Source of the DNA: Candidatus Bipolaricaulota bacterium
GTDB lineage: Bacteria > Bipolaricaulota > Bipolaricaulia > UBA7950 > UBA9294
Assembly: GCA_040752575.1 (NCBI GenBank)
Contig: JBFMGK010000068.1
Coordinates: forward strand, 1-26,454
Length of the DNA stretch: 26,454 nt
Direction: 5' to 3'
The first letter of the stretch is position 1, and every line of letters starts with the position of its first letter. Of this stretch, positions 18,449-24,827 are shown piece by piece. The position numbers and the translations under genes were made by a program. The notes below the pieces were generated by a model. That model saw only the letters and a program-made list of their open reading frames with translations. It was not told the origin of the DNA and ran no database searches.

Positions 18449-20151
18449 CCGGCGTCGGCGGCGATCCTCCCCATGCCCGCCCAGCGCTCGAGGATGTCCC
18501 GAAACGCCGGGGCAGCCGTCGATCCCCCGCCAGTAGGGCCGTACTTCACCTCGTCGAAGACCACCAGGAGGACGAACTCCGGGCGAAGGGCGGGGACCAT
18601 GCCGGCGAACAACGACGTGTACCTTCCGTCGACGTAGCCCTGTCCCGGCACGGCCTTCTGTGCAGTCCCGGTCTTGCCGGCGATCGTGAAGCCGTCGAGC
18701 GCTGCATACCCGCCGGTTCCGTGCTCCACGACGCCGACCATGAGCTCGCGCATCGTCGCGCACGCGTCGTCGGCGATCGCTCTCGCGGGCTCGGAACCCG
18801 AATGCGGCGGCGCGGACGCCGCGGGGAAGACGATTCGCGGCTCGACCCACAGACCCCCGTTGGCGACGATCGAGAGCCCGCGAGCCAACTGAATGGCCGT
18901 GACCGCGACGGACTGACCGATGGATGCCGCCGCAAGATCGAGTTCCGTCCACTGGGCCGTAGGTCTCAAGATGCCCTCGACCTCTCCGGGGAGTTCGATG
19001 CCCGTCGCGACGCCGAACCCTAGAGCGGTCAACGTTTCGTAGAGGCGCTCCTTCTCAAGCCGCTGCGCTACCTGGATCATCCCGGTGTTGATGGACTCCG
19101 CGATGATCCTGGCGAAGGTGACGGTGCCGTACGCCGTGGAGTCTGCGTTGCGCATCGTGGTTCCGGCGACGCGAATCGACGAGCCAGCGGCGAAGGTGTC
19201 CGTCGGCCGGACCACGCCGGCTTCGAGCGCCGAGAGACCGGTAAACACCTTGAAGATCGACCCCGGCTCAAACATGTACGTGACGGCTAGGTTTCGCCGC
19301 TGTGCGGTCGTCGAGGACGAGAAGCGGTTGAGGTTGTAGCGCTTGTCCTGCGCCATGGCGAGGACGTCGCCCGTTTCGGGGTCGAGGACGACGGCCATTC
19401 CGGCATCGGCCTGATAAAGGGCCGTGCGGCGCTCGATGACCTCCTCGCAGACGAGCTGCAGCGTCGCGTCGAGCGTCAGATGGAGATCCTGCCCGGGTGT
19501 TCCCTCGTCGAGGACTCGCACCTCGTACGTGCGCCCGTCCCCGCCTTCCAGCACGCGAACGCGTGACGGGATGCCGCGCAGTTCCTCGTCAAACGTGAGT
19601 TCAAGACCTTCGAGCCCGTCGCCGTCTGTGCCGACGAAGCCGATAAGGTTGGAGGCCAGGCGCCCCTGCGGGTAGTGACGCTTCCACGTATCGAGGAAGA
19701 GAAGGCCGTGAGCGCCGATGGCCTCGGCGTGCTCCTGAATGCGGCGTGCGACGTCGAGGTCGACCTGCCGGTCGATCCACGTGAAGTAGCTCGAGCGGTA
19801 GACCAGAGGCACAAGCGACGAGGCCGAGACGCCGAGTTCCTCACTGAGAATGCGCGTCAGCTCGACGGGCTTGGTCATGTTGAAGCTGTCGATGGCGATC
19901 GCCCGTGCCTTGACGTCGAAAGCGAGGATCACGCCGTTGCGGTCGTAGATTGCGCCTCGGCGGGGGGCCATCTCGATCACCCGCTCCTGAATCGCCGCCG
20001 CGGCATGGGACCACTTCCCATGCTCGATGATCTGCACGTGGACGAGACGCACGAGCAGGATCGCGGCGCAGACGGCGAAAGCCTTGCGCAGATTCCGCGC
20101 ACGACGACGCTGGATCGCGCTAGGGGTGGATTCGGGTTGGGACGTATACAT
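18445..20151 (-). CDS. ftsI: Class B penicillin-binding protein (FtsI/SpoVD-like transpeptidase)
   Basis: N-terminal TM, RGAIYDRNG, RHYPQG, GLEGLE, EPGSIFK (SxxK), ESIN (SxN), GKTGTAQ. Lies downstream of rsmH-ftsL. Confidence 0.9.
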   Translation of the reverse strand: MYTSQPESTPSAIQRRRARNLRKAFAVCAAILLVRLVHVQIIEHGKWSHAAAAIQERVIEMAPRRGAIYDRNGVILAFDVKARAIAIDSFNMTKPVELTRILSEELGVSASSLVPLVYRSSYFTWIDRQVDLDVARRIQEHAEAIGAHGLLFLDTWKRHYPQGRLASNLIGFVGTDGDGLEGLELTFDEELRGIPSRVRVLEGGDGRTYEVRVLDEGTPGQDLHLTLDATLQLVCEEVIERRTALYQADAGMAVVLDPETGDVLAMAQDKRYNLNRFSSSTTAQRRNLAVTYMFEPGSIFKVFTGLSALEAGVVRPTDTFAAGSSIRVAGTTMRNADSTAYGTVTFARIIAESINTGMIQVAQRLEKERLYETLTALGFGVATGIELPGEVEGILRPTAQWTELDLAAASIGQSVAVTAIQLARGLSIVANGGLWVEPRIVFPAASAPPHSGSEPARAIADDACATMRELMVGVVEHGTGGYAALDGFTIAGKTGTAQKAVPGQGYVDGRYTSLFAGMVPALRPEFVLLVVFDEVKYGPTGGGSTAAPAFRDILERWAGMGRIAADAG

Positions 20152-20479
20152 ATCGCGGGTTGGTCGGCGTCGTCATGTTCAGACGCTCCGTGGCGTACTT
20201 CGAGATTCGTTCCAGCGAAAGCGCCTCCTCGATCGCGAGGGCGAGCGCGTGGTTGACCTCTTGACGCTCGACGAGATCCTCGCGCGCCGACGCGCACTCG
20301 GCGGTCAGCGTGCGCAGGACGGTCGTCTGGCGGATGTAGAGGAACAGGACGGCGCAAACGATGAGGCCCGACAGGAGAAGCAGCGTGGCCTCGCGCGGAA
20401 TCGCCAGACGAGGACGGCGCCCAGGGCGCCGCCGGGGACGGGGCTTCCATGATCGTCGAGTCCGATGATCGACACGCAC
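20120..20479 (-). CDS. ftsL: Cell division protein FtsL-like (septum formation initiator)
   Basis: Basic N-terminus, one TM helix, coiled coil ending SLERISKYATERLNM. Sits in the canonical position between rsmH and ftsI. Start uncertain. Confidence 0.75.
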   Translation of the reverse strand: MRVDHRTRRSWKPRPRRRPGRRPRLAIPREATLLLLSGLIVCAVLFLYIRQTTVLRTLTAECASAREDLVERQEVNHALALAIEEALSLERISKYATERLNMTTPTNPRYVYVPTRIHP

Positions 20480-20539
20480 GCCCCAAGGTATCCGGGCGGC
20501 GCGTCGCCGAGGCGGACATGTGTCGGACCTCGCGTGACC

Positions 20540-21505
20540 TCACGCGACCTTGCGGCACACCCTCAGTTTCCCGCTGCGGGCCCGCGCGTTCGCCGAGACC
20601 TCGTCCGGCGACGGCTCAATGGGCTTCCGCGTGAGGATCTCCGCCTCCACTTGCTTCCCGCAGCGACACTCCGGGAAGTCTGGCGGGCAGAGGCAGCGAG
20701 CCGCGCGCTCGCGGAAGAACGTCTTGACCTGGCGGTCCTCCAGCGAATGGAAGCTGATTACGGCCATCCGGCCGCCGGGCGCGAGGATCCTGAAGCCGGC
20801 GGCAAGACCGCGCGCCAGCGCGTCGAGTTCGCCGTTGACGGCAATGCGAAGCGCCTGGAAGGTTCGCGTCGCGGGGTCGATGCGCGCGGCGAAGGCGGCG
20901 GCGGGTACGGCGCGGTGGACGATTCGGACCAGCTCCGCCGTCCGCGCGATCGGGGCGGTGTTGCGGGCCCGCACGAGGGCGCGCGCGATGCGTCGTGCGT
21001 AGCGCTCTTCTCCGTACTCGTGGAGAGCGCGCGAGATCTCAGTCTCGGTGGCGTGAGACAACCACTCTGCGGCTGTGGGGCCGTGGGTGCGGTCCATGCG
21101 CATGTCGAGCGGCCCGTCGGTTCGGAAGCTGAACCCTCGTTCCGGATCGTCGAACTGAAGGGAAGACGCTCCGAGGTCAAGCAGCAGGCCTTCGACCTCA
21201 CGCAGACCGACGCGCCGAACGATGTCCTCGGCGTCCGCGAAGTTGCCGTGAAAGAGCGTTGCGCGGTCGCCGAAGTCGGCGAGACGCTCTGCGGCGAGGG
21301 CTAGCGCCGTCGCGTCGCGGTCGATGCCCACGAGACGCCGGCGGGAGTCTGCACGTAGCAGGGCCTCGGCGTGTCCCCCAAGTCCGACGGTCCCGTCGAT
21401 GAGGGTTCCGCCGCCCAGGTCAGCGAACGCGCTGACGACCTCGCGGCAGAGGACCGGAGTGTGGAAGGCACGAGGGCGTTGCGAACGCTGCGGAGACTCA
21501 GGCAT
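20540..21505 (-). CDS. rsmH: 16S rRNA m4C1402 methyltransferase RsmH (MraW)
   Basis: HTPVL, DGTVGLGGHA, RGFSF, PLDMRM, YGEER, FQALRIAVN, ISFHSLEDR, NARARSGKLR. Confidence 0.97.
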   Translation of the reverse strand: MPESPQRSQRPRAFHTPVLCREVVSAFADLGGGTLIDGTVGLGGHAEALLRADSRRRLVGIDRDATALALAAERLADFGDRATLFHGNFADAEDIVRRVGLREVEGLLLDLGASSLQFDDPERGFSFRTDGPLDMRMDRTHGPTAAEWLSHATETEISRALHEYGEERYARRIARALVRARNTAPIARTAELVRIVHRAVPAAAFAARIDPATRTFQALRIAVNGELDALARGLAAGFRILAPGGRMAVISFHSLEDRQVKTFFRERAARCLCPPDFPECRCGKQVEAEILTRKPIEPSPDEVSANARARSGKLRVCRKVA

Positions 21506-24080
21506 CGAGTTGTCGCCTCAGTTGGTCAAGCTTCTGCAGGGCCTCGATGGGCGTCAGCCGCTCGACGTCGATCTTGCGGAGAGCTTTCAGGACCGGGTGT
21601 TCGTCGGTTCCGAACAGCGGTGGGATGGCGACGGGAGGGGCGGAGGCGCCGATTTGCGAGAGCCGTCCCTCGGCGAGGAGACCGTCGAGGACTCTGTCCG
21701 CCGCTTGGGTCACCGCGTCGGGCAACCCGGCGAGCCGCGCGACGTGAACGCCGTAACTCCCCGCCGCTGTGCCGGGCTCGACGCGATGGAGGAAGACGAC
21801 GTCTTTCCCGAGCTCGCGAACCGCGACGTGAAGGTTCACGACGTTGGGCAGCTCGTCCGCGAGCCGAGTCAGCTCTTGATAGTGGGTAGCAAAGAGCGTC
21901 TTGGCCCTCACGTGACGAGCCAGGTGCTCTGCTACGGCCCACGCAATCGAGACACCGTCGAACGTACTGGTCCCGCGCCCCATTTCGTCGAACAGGATCA
22001 GACTCCGCGAGGTCGCGTGGTCGAGGATGCTGGCGGTTTCGAGCATCTCCATCATGAACGTGCTGACTCCGGCGGCGAGCATGTCGCTGGCTCCGACGCG
22101 GGCAAAGACCCGGTCGACCAGGGGAAGGACGGCGCGATCCGCGGGGACGAACGACCCGAGCTGTGCCATGATGCAGTGGAGGGCCGTCTGACGCAGGAAG
22201 ACGGACTTCCCGGCCATGTTCGGGCCGGTGAGTACCACGAGGTCTTTCCCTTCGGGGAGGACAAGGTCATTGGGGACAAACTCCTCGCGGCGCTCGACAA
22301 CCGGGTGTCGTCCCCCGCGAACGTCGAGCGCTGGCTCCGTCGTGAACGTCGGGCGGACATAGCGCTGCCGATGGGCAACGTCGGCGAGCGATTGCAGAAC
22401 GTCGAGCTCGGCGAGGACGTCGGTCGCGGCCTGGAACTCGGGAATCGAGGCGCGAAGCTCCAGCACCGCAGCGTCGAACAGGTCTGCCTCCAGGGCGAGG
22501 ATCTTCTCCTCCATGGCCGCGATGCGGCCCTCGAAGGTCTTGAGTTCCTCGGTGACGAATCGCTCGGCGTTGGCCAACGTCTGACGCCTGACGTAGTCGG
22601 GCGGGACCTTGGAGAGGTGAGGGCGCGTCACCTCGAGGTAGTAGCCGAAGACTCGGTTGTAGCCGACCTTGAGCGACGCGATGCCTGTGCGCGTCCGTTC
22701 CTCCGATTCGAGTCGCGTCAGCCGATCGCGAAGGGCGGCGAGCTCGAGTCGCATGGCGTCCAGATCCTGGCTCCATCCGTCGCGAATGGCGCCGCCGTCG
22801 CGAATCTCTGCGGGAGGCTGGTCGACGAGAAGCGACGCGAAGCGGCGAGCTTGGGCCGCTAGCACAGGCTGGCCTAGGGCGTTGCGCAGCGACGCTAGAA
22901 GGTCATCCGCTGCGGGCGGAGGGGATGGGCTCTCTAGCGTGGGCTGGGCAGGTTCCGGCGCGGACGCGACCCCCGTGAGGGCCTGTGCGACGACGTCGAT
23001 TGCAGCCAGCGAGCGTGTCAGCAGCACGAGGTCGAGCGGGCGAAGTCGCCCGGCCCCGAGCTTGCCGACGAGCCGTTCGGCGTCGTGTACGTCGGACAGC
23101 GCGGCGCGAAGCGCCTCCCGCGAGCGCACGTCGCGCACCAGGGTGCCGATGGCATCCAGGCGACGCTCGATCGAGGAGCGATCCGTCAGCGGCGCCAACA
23201 GGCGGCGCCGAAGAAGCCTGCGGCCCAGAGGCGTCATCGTGCGATCCAGGACGTGGAGCAGCGTGCCGGAGGCCTTTCCGTCGCGCAACGGACGCACGAG
23301 CTCGAGGCTTGACACCGTGAAGGCGTCAAGATCGACGCACTGCGCGATTCCGAGGACACGCAGGGGACGAAGATGGCCAGGGGATTGGCCCTGCGTCTCC
23401 CGAACATACGCGAGAATCGCCGCGGCGGCCTGGAGGGCGGCTTCTCCCGCCGTAGGATCCCGGCACTCGGCGCCCTCCGCGGTCCACTCTGCGTCCGCTC
23501 GGCGCGTGACGAGGCGGTCGCCCGCCGCGCGGACGAGCGCTTCGCTACCGGAGACCGGCAAGAGGACCTCGGCGGGACCGAGGCGTTCGAGCTCTCCGCG
23601 CAGAGCCTCGAGGCTACCCATCGACGCGGCCACGAACTCGCCGGTGGAGAGATCGAGGTAAGCAAGACCGATCTCGCGGGCCGACCTCGACTCGAGAACT
23701 GCTGCGAGGTAGTGGTTTGAACCTGCGTCGAGGACCGCGTCGTCGATCGCGGTACCCGGCGTGAGCACACGCACGATCTCGCGGCGCACGAGCCCCGTCG
23801 CCTTCTTGGGGTCCTCGACCTGTTGGCAGACGGCGACCTTGTAGCCGCGACGGAGGAGCTGCGCGACGTAGACCTCGCCTCGTCGAACCGGCACTCCCGC
23901 CATCGGGTGTCCGTTGCGCGACGTGAGGACGACGTCGAGCTCTTTCGCCACGGTTGCGGCGTCCTCGAAGAACACCTCGTAGAAGTCGCCGAGGTGGAAG
24001 AAGAGAATTGCGTCGGGATGCTCGGCTTTGAAGCGCAGGTACTGCTTCATCATGGGAGACGAGGCCGAAATCTCCGACAT
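21498..24080 (-). CDS. mutS: DNA mismatch repair protein MutS
   Basis: SPMMKQY, GDFYEVF, GRHPVVE, TGPNMAGKS, STFMMEM, DEMGRGTST, FATHYQEL, SYGVHVA. Start moved to ATG 24080. Confidence 0.97.
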   Translation of the reverse strand: MSEISASSPMMKQYLRFKAEHPDAILFFHLGDFYEVFFEDAATVAKELDVVLTSRNGHPMAGVPVRRGEVYVAQLLRRGYKVAVCQQVEDPKKATGLVRREIVRVLTPGTAIDDAVLDAGSNHYLAAVLESRSAREIGLAYLDLSTGEFVAASMGSLEALRGELERLGPAEVLLPVSGSEALVRAAGDRLVTRRADAEWTAEGAECRDPTAGEAALQAAAAILAYVRETQGQSPGHLRPLRVLGIAQCVDLDAFTVSSLELVRPLRDGKASGTLLHVLDRTMTPLGRRLLRRRLLAPLTDRSSIERRLDAIGTLVRDVRSREALRAALSDVHDAERLVGKLGAGRLRPLDLVLLTRSLAAIDVVAQALTGVASAPEPAQPTLESPSPPPAADDLLASLRNALGQPVLAAQARRFASLLVDQPPAEIRDGGAIRDGWSQDLDAMRLELAALRDRLTRLESEERTRTGIASLKVGYNRVFGYYLEVTRPHLSKVPPDYVRRQTLANAERFVTEELKTFEGRIAAMEEKILALEADLFDAAVLELRASIPEFQAATDVLAELDVLQSLADVAHRQRYVRPTFTTEPALDVRGGRHPVVERREEFVPNDLVLPEGKDLVVLTGPNMAGKSVFLRQTALHCIMAQLGSFVPADRAVLPLVDRVFARVGASDMLAAGVSTFMMEMLETASILDHATSRSLILFDEMGRGTSTFDGVSIAWAVAEHLARHVRAKTLFATHYQELTRLADELPNVVNLHVAVRELGKDVVFLHRVEPGTAAGSYGVHVARLAGLPDAVTQAADRVLDGLLAEGRLSQIGASAPPVAIPPLFGTDEHPVLKALRKIDVERLTPIEALQKLDQLRRQLDA

Positions 24081-24087
24081 GAACGGC

Positions 24088-24116
24088 AGTATAGGATGGC
24101 CGACCGAAGCCTGCAA
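24088..24116 (-). promoter_or_regulatory. Putative sigma70 promoter for a leaderless mutS transcript
   Basis: On the minus strand: TTGCAG, 17 bp, TATACT, 7 nt, then the ATG at 24080. No SD sequence. Confidence 0.65.
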
Positions 24117-24142
24117 CGAGCGGACCTGGGCTTTCGACCTAC

Positions 24143-24171
24143 TTGACATCTGAATATGTTCCAGATATAGT
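24143..24171 (+). promoter_or_regulatory. Near-consensus sigma70 promoter upstream of riboswitch 1, with an inverted repeat spanning the spacer
   Basis: TTGACA(24143-24148), 17 bp, TATAGT(24166-24171). ATCTG-N9-CAGAT at 24148-24166. Confidence 0.85.
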
Positions 24172-24190
24172 ACATTCTTGCTGTTCGCCA

Positions 24191-24288
24191 TTCTGAAAAG
24201 GGCAAACCTGCCGTGAGGCAGGGACGCAAAGCTGCGGACCTCGCGATCGAGTCGTTCGTCGGAGCACGAGGTGGCCGGGTTGCCAGAA
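24191..24288 (+). ncRNA. Cyclic di-GMP-I (GEMM) riboswitch #1
   Basis: P1 TTCTG/CAGAA; GGGCAAACC-TGCC-GTGA-GGCA-GGGACGCAAAGC; P3 ending GGCCGGGTTGCC. Equivalents of Vc2 G20/A47/C92 are at 24201/24228/24283. Confidence 0.92.
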
Positions 24289-24320
24289 CAACAGTGGCAA
24301 TGCCCGGCCGCTTTTCTTCT
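24271..24320 (+). terminator. Intrinsic terminator forming the expression platform of riboswitch #1
   Basis: GTGGCCGGG-TTGCCA pairs with TGGCAA-tg-CCCGGCCGC, followed by TTTTCTTCT. The 5' arm is the aptamer's 3' strand. Confidence 0.8.
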
Positions 24321-24343
24321 CGGGCAGTAGAGAAGGGAGAACG

Positions 24344-24676
24344 ATGCAGACGACGATCTACTACAGCGACGAGGACGCCTACCTCATCAAGCAGGTCGAC
24401 GCCAAGGGAAAGCGCGAGCGCAAGAGCCGCTCGAGTGTGATCCTGTCGATTCTGGAGCAGCACTTCGAGTGCGAGAAGCGCCTCGGCGAGATCCTCATTG
24501 ATCTCGGAGTCCTGACGCACGCTGACCTTGCGCGAGGACTCAGGCTGCAGGAGACGAAGTTCTCGAAGAAGCTCCTCGGCGACATCCTTCTCGAAGAAGA
24601 GATCGTGCCTGCCGAAGCCCTGGAGCGCGCACTGCTGATTCAAGGACGGCAGCGGCCCCCTGCGGCGAGTTCGTGA
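24344..24676 (+). CDS. Small protein: ribbon-helix-helix-like N-terminus and MshEN-type c-di-GMP-binding C-terminus
   Basis: Residues 46-69 (RLGEILIDLGVLTHADLARGLRLQ) match the 24-aa MshEN motif at every consensus position. Residues 77-100 (LLGDILLEEEIVPAEALERALLIQ) are a second copy. Residues 1-41 show a CopG-like strand-helix-helix pattern (TTIYYSDE...KSRSSVILSILEQHF). GGGAGA RBS. Confidence 0.85.
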   Translation: MQTTIYYSDEDAYLIKQVDAKGKRERKSRSSVILSILEQHFECEKRLGEILIDLGVLTHADLARGLRLQETKFSKKLLGDILLEEEIVPAEALERALLIQGRQRPPAASS

Positions 24677-24711
24677 GGTGAAAGGCGGAGGGTTCTCTCC
24701 GCAGGTCGAAG

Positions 24712-24720
24712 TGCTATAGT
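24712..24720 (+). promoter_or_regulatory. Putative extended -10 internal promoter for riboswitch #2 and the surface protein
   Basis: TG-C-TATAGT ends 14 nt before the second aptamer. No clear -35. Confidence 0.6.
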
Positions 24721-24734
24721 AGGATAGCAGAGCA

Positions 24735-24807
24735 GCTGAAAAGGCAAACCATCCGCGAGGATGGGACGCAAAGCCACGGGCCTCTCTGAGGCAGCCGGGT
24801 TGCCAGC
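24735..24807 (+). ncRNA. Cyclic di-GMP-I (GEMM) riboswitch #2
   Basis: P1 GCTG/CAGC; AGGCAAACC-ATCC-GCGA-GGAT-GGGACGCAAAGCC; P3 GGGCCTC-TCT-GAGGCAGCCGGGTTGCC. G20/A47/C92 equivalents are at 24743/24770/24803. Confidence 0.93.
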
Positions 24808-24827
24808 CTTGGACGGGAGGCGACACC

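Noticed and set aside
20660..20700. CLCPPDFPECRC motif in RsmH as a novel metal site
   Set aside because: This Cys-rich insert is a familiar feature of many RsmH proteins.
21324..23661. Long plus-strand ORFs (512 aa, 330 aa) antisense to mutS, and similar ones opposite mnmG and the ABC genes
   Set aside because: They have no recognisable motifs and mirror the codon bias of the sense gene.
24081..24191. N-terminal extension of MutS given by the ORF track
   Set aside because: It runs across two promoters and precedes the conserved SPMMKQY start region. ATG 24080 fits better.
24685..24702. Hairpin GCGGAG...CTCCGC after the RHH-MshEN gene as a terminator
   Set aside because: The stem is short and has no U-tract, so read-through into riboswitch #2 remains plausible.
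24735..24807. 3',3'-cGAMP (GEMM-Ib) specificity for riboswitch #2
   Set aside because: Its stems resemble my recollection of Geobacter-type aptamers, but the discriminating position is G (24743), not A. c-di-GMP is the better prediction until binding is tested.
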